DNA from: Moniliella sp. 'wahieum'
Lineage: Eukaryota
DNA length: 64,000 bases
Direction of reading: 5' to 3'
Assembly: GCA_003971905.1 (NCBI GenBank)
Contig: RSEE01000046.1
Location: 248,001 to 312,000, forward strand
Shown here piece after piece: positions 36,830 to 50,870 of this stretch. The position numbers and the translations under genes are program-made. Below the pieces are notes generated by a model. It saw only the letters and a program-made list of their open reading frames with translations, ran no database searches and was not told the DNA's origin. The first letter of the stretch is position 1, and every line of letters starts with the position of its first letter.

Positions 36830-39800
36830 ACATGCGTCCCGCCGCCATGCGCCCTCCCCACGCGCCCGCCACCCCGTCTCGCCCCCACTCGGCGCCCCGC
36901 TGCGCCTCCGCCCGGCCCTGCCCGCCCCCAGCCCCCCCCACCATCCCGCCTCCGACGTTAGCCTGCGTTTGTCCGACGCCGCCAGCGCCGAGCCTCGCGC
37001 CCCTGGGCGGGATGGGCTAGTGCAATCGGACGCACCCGGCCTGCTTAGCGCCATCCTCGAACACTCCCCTGCCCCACAGCAGGCCGCGCAGGACGACGAG
37101 GAGCAGGAGCAGGAACAGGAGCGGGAACAGAAGATGCTCCCTTTCTTGTCTCCTTCCAACAAGAGCGACCGCACCCGGACCTCTGTTCCTGCCCCCTCGG
37201 AAGGCGCGAGGACCAACAACATAGGCATCCCATCACCTCCCTCTTGTGCTGCCGCCGCTCCCCCCCTCCCCCACTCTCGCCCAGCGCAGCCGAGGCAATG
37301 GCCGTCCCAGCGTTCCCCCTGACCCATACGAAGCGTGTACCGGGCAGGACCAACTCGGTCGTCAAGCCTCATGTCGCTGGATCTTCGATCCACCCCCCCC
37401 CCCTCCATCAGCCGACGCAAGACAATGACAGGCACGCTGTCTTCTTCCACACGCGAAGCGGGCAGTGCGATGGAGGCCGGCAGCGAGCCAAGTGTGAGAG
37501 TCAAACGGCTGTCTCTGGTGGGTCGGCCACCTCCGGGCCACTTTGCCGCTTCGACGCGGGCCTCGAAGGCGGGGCGGTGGAGAGCCCCCCCACGTCAGCC
37601 GGCACGTCGGTTGGCGCGTCGGCCACGACGCGTGCCCAGGGCACGAAACCGGCGCTGCGCTCGACGCCTTCCACCCGCGCGCTCGGCGGTCAGGGTCAGG
37701 GAGTATAGGCTCTACCGAAGGAATCGGCTCGCCTAGGGTGGCCAGTAGTTCCAAGCCGGCTGGATCGATCGCCCATCCTGGGTTACCTCCAGTCGGTGCC
37801 AAAGCGTCGGCTCCAGGCGAGGGGTCCCTGATCCCGTCCCGCCCGCACCGCACACCCACCCTTCGTCCCTATCGGCCTCCAATACAGCGTCAATGGCCTC
37901 GGCCAAACCGGCGGCCGTCCATTCGGGCAAACTGCCTCGGCTGCGGACCAGCTTGGCTGCGCCCTCGTCTCTGGGCCAACTTACTTCCCTACCCCTAGCC
38001 GGCCCGCCACAGCCCCTTCCACATCCGCATTCGCATCCGCATCCGCACCCACAGGACCTGCCTTGGCTCCACGTTCCACCGCCCCCGCGTCCGCCTCCTC
38101 TTCCGCTCTCCCGGCTCCCATCCGCCGAACCAGTCCCATTCGCCTGTCTCGCTCCGTGTCATCGGGCCCCACTGCGTGGGTGGCAGTGTCGCGTCGGGCA
38201 CTAGCTTGACAAACGGCACAGGCCCTCCCCCTCCCCCCGCTCTAGCCCCTGGCTCTTCCTCGCCCCTGTCAACCCCATGATCCGATCCCGCATACCCACC
38301 CCACATACCACAACCACCACAACCACCACGACCACAACAACCGCCCCGAGTTTAGATCCTACCTCGCATGGGTCGGGTGCGGCAGCGGCGCTGAGCGTCC
38401 CAGGTCTCCTGTCCCAGTCTGGGTCTCAAGCCCAGTCTCAATTCCAGTCCAGTCCTTTGTTCCGTTGGCTGGATCCACTTCCCTCCCTCCCTCCCGATCC
38501 GAGGGATCGGAAGGATCGGAAGAATCAGAAGGATGGGAAGGATCAGAACGATCAGAAAGGTGGACCAAGCCGCATCCCTCTCAGCGTGTTCATGACCTGT
38601 CCCCTACGAGCTCTTCGGGCTCTCGCCACACCGACGTCCAGGCCCCTTCCCCCCCTTAATGTAGCTTTTACCGCAGCATCCGGATCTGGGTCGGGACCTC
38701 TGACAGCCGAGCTTGGCCCTGCCCAATCGGGTCTTACTTCTCCCACGTCTGTCCCACCGCGGCAGCGTGAGCAAGCTCGACCTACTGAGAAGGAATCTTC
38801 CTCCCCCCGTGCCCATCGTAATGCGCATCCGGTGGCGAACCAGGTCCCGTTCTCGTCTCGCACCAGTACATTGGACGCGGGGAAGGGGTTGACGCCCTTG
38901 GGTCTCTCACTTACTGGTTCTTGTTCCCCCTCATTCCGGAGCGCCACCCATGCAGGCACCACCCGCCGCACTCCCACGATCCCCATGCCAAACGAAGAAG
39001 AACGAACCCACCTTCATCGCCCCCTCCCAGCCTCCCAACTCCATCAAATCGCCCAAATCCCCCAACCTCCCTCGCATACCACGCCGTACGTCCGAATCGA
39101 TCCGAAAGAGAACGACGGTACGTACTCCTCCTCCTCTTTGTCTTTGTCTCGTCTTCCTCCCGTCCCTACCCCTACAAAGAAAGAAAGACTGAACCCGAAA
39201 GGACGCTAACGCGGCATGACATCTTTGGACCAGACGTTACCCGGACGGTCCCCTGGCAAGCCGGTGGCCGCACCGATGTTGCCCCCTCTGACAATGGCGC
39301 GGTTGCCTCTTCCCCCACGGCCATCCGTCTTTTCCCCAGCCCGCCACAGCGTGGTACGACCGGTTCCACAGGTACCGCCGGTGCCACCGGTTCTACGGAT
39401 ACGACGGTCCGGCGCGCCGGTTGGCTCATGCCAGTTCCTCGAGCTTGAACGCGCCTGTACCGTGTTCGCGGTGCAGGAGGAGGGAAGTGGTGGCGCGTCG
39501 CATACCGAGCCCGTTGGACGCCGACCTGCGTCGGGGTACCCCGTGATGTCGGGTGCGAGTGCCAACTCGGGTCGGGGGGGTATCTCAATTTGGTGTGCCG
39601 ATCGCGTCGGGGAGCGGGTCCAAGTACTCGGTAGGCAGTGGGGCGCGAGGACCGTCGCGCATTCCCCGCGCGATTGGGTCGTTGAAGTATGCGGAGCGGG
39701 AGCGGGAGCGAGAGCGAGAGCGGGAGAAGGCGAAAGAGAAGGAGACGGAGAAGGAGAAGGAGAAGGAGAAGGCGAAGGAGAGGGAGAAGGAGAAGGAACG

Positions 39801-42012
39801 AGGTGAGGAACACTTGGCCCCGCACAAACTCCCTAATGCGTCCCTCCGTTCCGTCCCTTCGCACCATACCCACGAGGAAAAACAGGAGGTGTTGTCTTCT
39901 ACAGCTGTACGTTTGTCTCGCGTACTAGAGCGACGATCAGAAGGTGAGCCCTCATCCGACGGATTGGGTCGCCCTTCTTCTACGCGCCCCCCTCTACCTG
40001 CGAATTCTCCAACAGTACGACCTTCTCTGCCCAGCTCCGCATCCGCTTCGTCCCTGTTAGTTTCGCCCAAGATCGAAACCGCATCCACCTCTGTCTCCAC
40101 CTCTGCAACCACCTCAAACCCCATTTTGTCTATCCTCAACGCCTATACAGCCGCCAAGACGCAAGCTGAGATTGATGGGGCGATGCGAAGGGCCAGGGGG
40201 CGGTCAGTCATCCCATCTGACATCCTCTGAGCGCTCCATTCTCCAGTCCCTCTTTGCTCGGGAGAAGGAAAGTCATGACGCTAACAAAGAAGCTAGCCAT
40301 GCAAGTGTTGCTACGGCGGCGGGGGTTGCGACCTCTGTATCCAGCACCTTAGACAGCGACTTTGGTCCGGCCAAGGGGAGCTCGACGGGTACTAGTACGG
40401 CGCCTGCGGCCGTGAGCCGAGTGGGTGGATCGTCCCGGGTACGTCGATTGTCCTTGGCTGGAGCTAGTGCAGTCCGTCTGCTTCTGCTGTGGCGGCGACG
40501 GCGCGGGAAGCGCATGCGCAGTTGGTGTCCTCAGGTCCGGGTTTGGCCTTACGCGGAAGCAGTCGTACCGGGGGCAGCAGTTCGACCACGCCCCCTCCTC
40601 CTTCGCAATGGACCGATGAACGCGCTGGGGACGAGGAGATGGCTAGTTTTGTCCGTCGGGCCGAAGCCAAGAAACGGAAAGCGGGTGCGTCGCAGGAAGA
40701 AATTGATGCGCTCCTTTTCCTCCTCTTCCCAGCGCACCTTGCCGTGCGCTATCGCGACGTCAAGCCGAGGTGAGTATGGCCCGCACTTGAACGACTTTGA
40801 GATTCGAGAAATGTACGACTACGAAGCGTTTTACTAGTGGTCAAAACGCGAGCAACAAGTACATCCCCTCGCTTGATCAACCCCAGTTTAATTACGGCTA
40901 CGACGACGATCGGGGGGACTACCGTGCAGTGTCCCATGACCACTTGGCGTATCGGTACGGGTGTTGATTTGTTGGGCCGCGGCTCGTTTGGCCAGGTGCT
41001 GCGGTGCAAGGACCACAAGACAGGGGAATGGGTGGCGATCAAGTTGATCCGCAACAAAAAGCGCTTCCACCACCAAGCGGTTGTGGAAGTGGATATTCTG
41101 CGTCGCCTGACCGAATGGGATCCGGACGACACGCACAACGTGATCAAGATGACCCACTCGTTTTACTTCCGAGACCATCTCTGCATCTCGACAGAGCTGC
41201 TCAACATTAACCTCTACGAGCTGATCAAGGCCAGTGGGTTTGCCGGCCTGAGTCTCCGTCTCGTTCGACGGATCACGACGCAAGTGCTCGCGTCGCTATG
41301 TCTGTTGCGCAAACACCGTGTCGTCCACTGCGATCTGAAGCCCGAGAACATCCTCCTCTGTCATCCAGCCAAGTCGGCAATTAAAGTGATCGACTTTGGC
41401 TCATCGTGTCGTGAGACGGAGCGAGTGTACACGTACATTCAATCCCGCTTTTACCGTTCGCCCGAGGTGATATTGGGGCTGAGCTACCACACTGCGATTG
41501 ATATGTGGAGTCTAGGGTGCATCGTTGCCGAACTCTACACGGGCTGCCCACTGTTCCCAGGTGAGAACGAGCAGGAACAACTGGCGTGTATCATGGAAGT
41601 ATTTGGGATTCCGGACAAGTACCTTATCGACCGCTCGTCGCGCAAAAAGTTCTTCTTTGACCCGGGGGCCAACCTCGACCGGTAAAGAGCAGCCGCAACC
41701 GTCCGACGGCCTGGTAGCAAGACCTTGGCCCAAGCCTTGCGCAGTACGCCCTCCCGTTCCAGCCAAGGACTAGGCACCCGCGGTCCTTCTCCGTCGAGCC
41801 CAGCGGCCGCCCATGCGCAAGAAGACCTGTTCATCGACTTTGTCTCGCGCTGCTTGCTTTGGGACCCGGACCGGAGGATGAAACCCGAACAGGCCATGCG
41901 TCATCCTTGGATCTTGGCGGGGCGCCGTCAAGCCTTGGTCGCCACCCCACCAGTGCCCACGTCTCCCCCGCTCGCCCGGCGATCGACAGCGGTGCGCACG
42001 GGGCTACCGTGA
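36830..42012 (+). CDS. DYRK2/Pom1-like dual-specificity protein kinase with a very long disordered N-terminus
   Basis: DH-box [62 protein letters not shown], activation loop [14 protein letters not shown]. Kinase domain at about 40880-41925 is certain; the 5' extent is inferred from contiguous S/P-rich ORFs. Confidence 0.9.
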
Positions 42013-43150
42013 AGACCAGAAAGCGTTAACCCCCCCCCCCCCCCCCTCAACTCACCTCTTTTCGATCCCTCCTCTCTCCCTTTTTGGACCCTTTGGAACC
42101 TTTGGTTTGGTCCCATGGGCCACCCACTGCTCGGGCCCACTGCATCCAGATCACGCAGTGGGCCTGCGACCCATCGAAACCCTCGATAATCCTCGAAAAA
42201 TCCTCAACCCGCCCGCCGCCTCCCCATGGACTCGCTCCCTCCCCACTCTCTCGTTCTCCCCTGCAATGTGGCCTGAGGCCTGCGGGCCGGATCATCCGAA
42301 CTGTGGATCGATTGGATCGGTACCCAATCCCAACTACAACCACCCCAGCCCAACCCCAACCCTCGTCTTGATATCCTCTCTTCCCTGTCCTTGTCCCCAA
42401 TGCTGTTCCATAGCCCTAGAGCACAATTCATTCGTTCCTTTGGTGGACCGTACGGTACAAACATGTCATGTTCATCGTAGACCTGATAGAGTTACCATTG
42501 ATAGTCGGACTGACAGCTACTACACCAGTGCTTTGTCGTGGTTGTGCCAACGCTCCGAGGCAGCATGGAGCATAGACTAGAAGGCAACTAGTAGTCATCG
42601 CTCATGATGGTCAATGATCCTCATATGCCGTTCTGCTCAGAGGAATACATTGCATTCCTTCGGCTACTAGATGGGGCAAAGGCGTGATCGAGCGGTCTAT
42701 GAACAATGAATATCTCGATAATCGATCGTCAGTAACTAGTATCGCATCTTGTTGGCCTACGACGACTCAGGGCCGTAGGCCCCATCTGCTTCTCATCTTC
42801 GTTGAACATTGATGCATAAGGCCCGGCGAGTGGTGGCCGGCATAGCCGTCTGAACGTTGAACGAAAGCTACTACCACAACCTTACCAGCTATGGTAGTCG
42901 ACCAACTTGCTCCATACCAAAACGCTACCTTACCCACTGCGAATCCGAGATGCACATCCTATCACAGTGACCTTCATCGTATCCACTCCAGGGTCGATGA
43001 GGGGACGCGGAGGCAGCCTGGTTCGATTGGGACTCCCTTGGCCCAGATACCTCTGCAGGGCATGTGAGCGTTTGGATAGATCAGCGTTTATACATTGGAA
43101 CGTCTCCAGGCAGTAGCCGTGTCCCACTCTGGTACTCCCATAGTCCGTCT

Positions 43151-44718
43151 TCATGACGGCTCGGGCGGATAAGGCCAGTCCACCTGACCGGGGCGCTTCA
43201 TCCACCAATACGGTGTATTGCCAAAGGAGCTGTGGTTCGTGTTAGCCTTGAGCACCACCTCGGCCTTAGCAGGGCTGGTATGCAAAAGAGATACAGGAGG
43301 CAGCGCAGGTTCAGCTCGGACTGTCGTGGCCTCTGACGAACTTGGCGCTGCGAGGTAGAGCTGGTAGTCGCCTCGGAGGGGACAGCGGGGTGAGATGGGT
43401 ATTCTCCAACTCCAAAGCCAGGTCCACGGTCGTATCCCGGGCAGCGTGGGAATGGCAAGCATTAGGTGTGTTCCCATCTAGGCGTCTACCCTGTGCGCCT
43501 CCATCCCGGACACGACGGGCCATCTCGACCAGGATACGAACAATGTTTTCCGTGTCGCACATGCCCGAATGCGGACGGCCTTCGAACTCCATGCCCAGGT
43601 GGCGTAGAATACCCGAAATGGTCAGATCCTTGTGAGAGTAGTGCGACTCTTTCTTTTCTTCAGCCAAGAGGCTCAGCTGACAGAAGGCTTTGCGAATGTC
43701 GAGCAACGGACCTCGGAGCCAGAGAGGAGGTAAGCCTCGCGCGCCCGGGGACCAAATCCAGGAAGCAAGCTCAATGCCTCGGCAGCGATCCAACATTGTT
43801 TTGGTACAAAGCTTGCGAGGTCCTCCGCTCCATGGGTGGCCCAGCACACGCCTTCGGCCAAGCGGTACTTGTCCGGCGCGTCATGTCGAGATCGCTGTTC
43901 CAGCAAGCCGAGCTGGTTGAGCCAGTTGAACAACCCCCATACGACAGCAGGCCATTCGGGCGCTTGATCAATCACTGCCTGTTCCACCCCGGTCAATTGT
44001 TTGCAGAACTGGCTCAATTGCGGTCTCCACACGGGCTTGACAAAGCGGTGAAAACGAGCTACCTCCTCGTACTCGCGCGTCTGTCGTTGCCACTGCAACA
44101 CCACGACGGGGAACTCAATGACTGCGAAAAGCACAGATCAGTACGCCCGACAAAGGGGGGGGGGGGGGGGGGGGGGGGGTCACGTACTCTCATTTGGGTA
44201 GTCAAAGCCAGGTAAGGTTTGCTTGAAGAGCTTGGCGTTCCGCACATCGGGCGGAGGCGGGTGGCGCGTGCGCTCACAGGTCGCTTCAATGTCCGCAACG
44301 AGAAAGGTGTGGACGGTGGGAGTCCAAGGGCGCTGCTTGAACTTGAGGGAAAAGGGAGAGCGAGCAGACGCAGCGTCCGCGTCTGGATCCGTGTCTGCGC
44401 CCGCTTCGGACGAGGGGTTGGGGGCAGCGCGCCGAGCCTTGCGCAGGCGCTGCCGCAGCGTGTCCTTGTTGCCAGACGGACTGTAGCCCAGCTGTCAGCG
44501 ACGCCCGCAGGCTCTGGACGGGGGCATCGACGGCAGTGGGCCAGGCTCGGGCGGGGGGGGCACGCCAAGAGGAGAAGGGGCAGGGCGCGAGGGGCGCTGG
44601 GCGGCTGGCGGGGTGCAGTGGAGGTGGTGGGGGCGGTGCTTAAACGGGCGGCAGTGCGTGATAAGATCGTGGCGCACCGCATCACCCCTCTGTCGGCCGC
44701 GGCAGCACGTGCTGACAT
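43151..44718 (-). CDS. ERI1-like SAP + DEDDh 3'-5' exoribonuclease
   Basis: SAP-like LGYSPSGNKDTLRQRLRK. ExoI FLVADIEATC. DYPNE-[intron 44187-44122]-IIEFPVV. FHRFVKPVWRPQLSQFCKQLTG. ExoII WATHGAEDL. ExoIII FEGRPHSGMCDTENI. Confidence 0.88.
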
Positions 44719-44834
44719 AACCACCCGCAACCCTACTGCCATCGGTTGTGGTGGTGCTGCGCAGCCGCCCAACCGAGGCCTGCAAAAACTACGGCGCCGG
44801 CAGCTATCGAGGACAAGCACCCAGAGACACACTA

Positions 44835-45748
<914 letters not shown>

Positions 45749-45922
45749 GTAAGTATCTCTTCCTTGTGTCGATATCGCTACGCTTTGTTGGCGTGCCTGC
45801 CAACAGTCATCCTTGCTGGTCCTGACATCGTGTCGATCTGTGTGTAAAGGTCCCCTGATTCTCCGAAGTCATCGGTGGCTCTTTCCCTCTCACTTAACCT
45901 TTCGTCTATTCCCAACACAAAA

Positions 45923-46854
45923 ATGGGCGCTACTCGTGCCAGAAGGAAGCTTGGTTTGCCAAGCTCAACGAGCTGCTCGAGGCTTACAACTCGATCTTTT
46001 GTCAACGTCGACAATGTCGGCTCGCAGCAGATGCACCAGATCCGTGCTGCTCTCCGTGCAAGGCTGTTGTCCTGATGGGCAAGAACACCATGGCTCGCCG
46101 TGCCATCCGCCAGATCGTTGGCGAGAAGCAGCAGAGAAGATCCTGCCTGCTGTCCGTGGCAACATTGGCTTTGTCTTCACCAACGACGACCTGAAGGAGG
46201 TTCGTGACCTGATCCTCGAGAACCGTGTTGCCGCCCCCGCTCGTGCTGGTGCCTACGCCCCCCGCCGACGTGATTGTCAAGGCTGGCAACACTGGCATGG
46301 AGCCCGGTAAGACCTCGTTCTTCCAGGCCCTCAACATCCCCACCAAGATTGCCCGTGGTACCATTGAGATTGTGTCGGACGTCCGTGTGGTGGAGGGTGG
46401 CACTCGTGTCGGCACTTCGGAGGCGACGCTGCTCAACATGCTCAACATCTCTCCCTTCACCTACGGTATGAGCGTCACCTCGATCTACGACAACGGCAAC
46501 GTGTTTGACAACTCGGTGCTCGACGTTAAGGAGGAGGACCTCGTTGCCTCGTTCCTGGCCGGTGTGCGCCAGATTGCTTCCATCTCGCTGGCGATCAACT
46601 ACCCCACCATTGTCTCGGTCACCCACTCGCTGGTTAACACCTACAAGGACCTCATCGCCATTGCCTTGGCGACCGACATTGACTTTGAGGGTGCCGCCCA
46701 GGCTAAGGAGTACCTTGCCAACCCCGAGGCGTTCGCCGTTGCTGCTGCCCCCGTGGCTGCCGCTGGCGGTGCTGCCGAGGCGGCCCCTGCCGAGGAGAAG
46801 AAGGAGGAGGAGGAGGAGTCCGACGATGACATGGGCTTTGGTCTCTTCGACTAA
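45923..46854 (+). CDS. RPP0: 60S acidic ribosomal protein P0 (uL10)
   Basis: [60 protein letters not shown] and the C-terminal [14 protein letters not shown]. Confidence 0.98.
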
Positions 46855-47294
46855 GCAGAGACTCGTCTTTACTCTTTCCCCCCCTCTCCTTCCCTGTAGC
46901 CGGCTTGTTCTGTCTGCATTTCTGCACTCGCCCCCGTCTGGTGCGGAATTTCCATCAAAACGCTTCCCGGAGCCCGTGCGGGCTACCGATGAGCACTTCC
47001 CCTTTCATGTGCTGCTGTTGGGTACCCTAGTTGCTCCCCCTATAGTCTCCTATGTTATGTAGCTTGCTGGCGACACGACATAAAAATGGTGGCCAAGCGC
47101 GTGACATGGAAACAAGCATCGTCAGGCCTCAGGCCCCGTAAATGGAAGCCAGGGTGTTGGGAGGTAGCGAGGGGAAGCATTACTAACACTTGGGGAAAGG
47201 GTGGAGGAAATCTAACACGTGAGAAAGGGAGCGGAGAACGGGAGGTCGTAGTCATATACGGGCCGGTAGGAGTGACCGTGGCACTCACCTCATT

Positions 47295-49742
47295 TTAGAC
47301 AGGAGAGGCGCAGCCAAAAGAGGTACCAGTGGCCCCGCCTCGTTGGAATGTTTGCTTGATAGCTTCACCGGAGCCGTACATGCCCAAGCCAGACATGGTG
47401 AACGAAGCCAGGGCCAAAGTCAACAGCGCAGCTTTGGGCACGACCGAGGGGATCATCAAGCCTCCCAAACAGCAGTGGCCACTGAAGAATCCCCGGCGCC
47501 AACGGGACCACATGCGCCAGCTGTCCACCCGCTTGACGCCAGCGTACGGGGTGAATTCACCATCCCCGACCATAGCGTCATAGTGCATCCACCAAGCCAG
47601 TGCAAAGGTAAAGGGGAATGAGTAGCTGAAATTGACAATCGCGACGGCACTGATGATTCCCGCCACGGTCTGGACCTGTGGGATGGCCGAGGCAATCACA
47701 TAGCTCAGCACCCAGTACATTGTCGACCAGGGAATCCTTAACCACCAACCTGGCATGAAGCGAAAACAATGAAAGGCGGTCAGCATATAAGATTCTCACA
47801 AAATATCAAGCCTCGTGTTTGCGAGGTGAAAGGTGGCATCACTTACCCACACGTGTGGTTAGCTTTGGCCCATGGAAGAGGTCCTCAACAAGGCCAATAT
47901 ATGACGTTTTGATGCCAACGGACGCGTAGATGGACGTAGCAGCAACCGAAGTGATGATACTAAGGACGTTGCACAAGTCGCGAGCTCTGCCGGCAGCTAT
48001 GCCTTGGAAGGACAGTGGTAGAGTCCATTGGCCCGAGTAGCAGTAGAAGAAGATGGAGTAAATGAGGTAAATGACCAAGATCAGCGTCTGAGCCATGAAA
48101 CAGCCCTTGTAAAAGTCCCGTGGCTGACGCATCTCGGCCATCATCTCAATAAACACCATGGCTCCTGCGTACTGTACCATCAAAACAGAAAGGGATGTGT
48201 TAGCCGAATCGCTGAAGAGTGTGAGAGACAAGCGCGAAAAGACAAAGAGGAGACTCGGCCCTTGGGACTAGGGGGGGTGGAGTTGGTGAGGCTATGCCTC
48301 TCTTCCCAATTCGGGACCCGCTGCACTCACAGCAAAAACCATGTTATTGATACCGTTAATCTTGCTCGGCAGATCGCCATGGGCAAAGGCCACGACGACG
48401 ATGGGTTTGGGCGCCGAGTCAGACGAAAGACCATTGTTCATTACGGCAGTCCAGTCGGGGCCTTCGTTGCGAATTACGCCCATGGTGACAAATACGACGA
48501 GCAAGTTGAGAATCACCGCAACGTTGGACGCCAACGACATGCCGCGGAGCGTGCGGATCTCTGAAATAGGAATAAGAGGTCAATACCTGAGCTCTAGCAT
48601 AGAAAGAGAAGGCGTCAAGAGAGGGATGACGAACGTGTGACTGCAATTCCGACCAAGGCCCACACCAGGACACCCACGGTGAAGCAGAGCGCGTGGCCAG
48701 GCGTGTTGGTAATGAGCTGGACACGTATCGAATTCAAAGTCAGGGTTCGATCATTTTCCTTGTACCAATCGAAAGAGAAGAAGAAAACGTACCTGGACTA
48801 AGCCCATGCCACAGCTAAGAATGATGGTTGCGACCATGAACACAAGCTGAATGGCTTGGAGGATGCTGATCAGGTGCCGGAACCAAGGGCCAATGAGACG
48901 TTCTGCTATGTCGGAATACGTGCGCACAGGGAACCGGGATGAATCCAGTGCACAGAAGCATACCTGCAGCAGCCATCCACTTAAAGCTGCCAACACGCCC
49001 ATCTGCCAACAAAAATGCACAGTGGAGGTCAGCATCGCGACTTCGTCACACGGCGTACTAAATATCTTTTGTGATGCCCCGAGGGGCTCGTGGGGGATTT
49101 CGTGGCAAGTAGTTGTTGATACCAGCACATGGTTGTCAACTTCCACAGAAAACGTACCACAACATAGAGAATTGTTCCAGGAACAAGGCCGACTTGGGAC
49201 TGGGCGTAAGGAGACGTAACCGGACCAAAAATATCTGTGACAATAAGGGCAAACACACTGCTGACGCCCGTGAGACGGAGAGCACGATGGAGGTCAAGGT
49301 CATGGACCGCCTCAGGGGGGAGCCCCTCGTATTGGGGAGAGGTGGCAGTCAGATCGGTAGTCATGGTTACCTCGGGCTTTCCCATTTCTTTCTCGTCAGG
49401 GGGTTCGTCGAGCGCTGCAGCTGCTCGCGTGGGCGTGGCCCGTTTCTTGGTAAACTGACGGACCAGCTCCACGGCCGGGTTGGTTCCCCGGATACCGTTG
49501 CGATAGTCCTCCTCTTCTTCCTCACGCTGGACACGGGCCCAGTAGTGGTACTCCTCAAGTAATGCACCATGGAAACCGTGGTACTCGAGACCCCGCGCGA
49601 TACGGTCGTGCGACAAGGTACGATTGAAGGCGGGAATGACAACCTCGTCCGATTTCACTACTTTTTCATCAAGTACATGAGTGTCCTCGGCCAGGCTGTG
49701 TCCTGGGTCTTGGAGGGAAAGGCCGGCAAGAGTAGCCGACAT
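47295..49742 (-). CDS. Amino acid transporter (Aa_trans / Mtr-like neutral amino acid permease), multi-exon
   Basis: LEEYHYWARVQREEE, RALRLTGVSSVFALIVTDIFGP, LDSSRFPVRTYSDIAER, INNMVFA, YAGAMVFIEMMAEMRQPRDF, YVIASAIPQV, DSWRMWSRWRRG, GLGMYGSG. Several GT-AG introns. Confidence 0.9.
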
Positions 49743-50136
49743 GATGATGACGAGAGATGGGAAGGTACTTGCGTATTGTTCACACGTGGGTGATGGGAGG
49801 GAGCAATGCTCGTTGGGGATTGGCAGTTGCTGTATGCGAAGAAGGGAAAAGGGGAGGCTGGGTTTATATTCTGTGACTCTGGGCCGCAAAATGCGCAATC
49901 GACAAACACTCCATATAGGCAGAGATGCGTGATGTCGGGTGAGTCCAAGCTGCGGCGCCGCTTGGATCGGCCGCAGGTCGCAATCATTAATCAGACATCA
50001 CCCTCTAGGCTAGCCACCCACCGCTCGCCTTGGGCAAGTCCCTTCAGGACGTTCAGGGTGCACTTTGGTGTCCCCCACACGGCGTTGAAAAGGCACCGCG
50101 CCCCTGGGAGTTCCCAGGATGTCAGATGATCGATGA

Positions 50137-50172
50137 CAAGATTGTGCACAAGAAATTTCGATTAGCTATGTA
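50137..50172. mobile_element. Isolated terminus of the MITE family seen at 3580-3697
   Basis: CAAGATTGTGCACAAGAAATTTCGATTAGCTATGTA is nearly identical to the reverse complement of 3580-3614 (CAAGATTGTGCGCAAAATTTCGATTAGCCATGTA). No partner inverted repeat found nearby. Confidence 0.7.
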
Positions 50173-50870
50173 CCACGTACCACCCATCCCACCTTCCACC
50201 TTCCACCTCCCCCTCCTCCTGGTACCACGTTACCTCTTACTCTCACCAACCTCACTCCGACCTTTGCATCCAGCTACTTTCGCGGCTATCTAGGGACCTC
50301 ATAGGACAGTCCTAACCGGTACGCGGTACGCGGAACGCGGGTACCCGGAAGGAGGTCGTACCTGTATCCGATCCCGATAGCAAGCGAAAGAATGTACAGC
50401 AAGCAAGCAAGCAAAAGAAGAACGAGGGGAACGAGGGTAACGGGGCGAACGGAGCGAACGAGGGGAAGCGCACAAGTCTCCGGGAAGCGCAGTGCGAAAC
50501 AGGCGAAGGGGAAAAGGGGAGAGGGTTAGGGGGGCAAGAACGTAAAGACAGCGAAGAGGGTAAATCGAGAGGGCAAAAACGAGAGAAGAAAGTGAGTGGT
50601 GGGAGGGAGGGAGGGAGTGGGGGAGGGGCACAAAAGGTAAAAAAAACGTGGGCAGGACCGAGCCAAAATAAAACAAATCCCCAAGTCCCAAGTCCCTCCC
50701 CTCCTCCCACCCTCTCCCTCCCGAAAAGAGTGGCCAAACACCGAGGCAGGGTATCAGCAAGCGGCGGCGTGGTTGGGACGAGAAGTGGGAGTTGAAGGTT
50801 GAGGGGTGAAGGTTGAAGGTTGGGAGTTGCATGGGATTACCTTGCCTGCCTTGCCTTGCCCTACCCGGGG

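Noticed and set aside
45749..45920. 5'-UTR intron of RPP0
   Set aside because: A GTAAGT donor and a branch-like CTTAAC are present, but no AG acceptor is visible between the branch site and the ATG. Plausible but not supportable as written.
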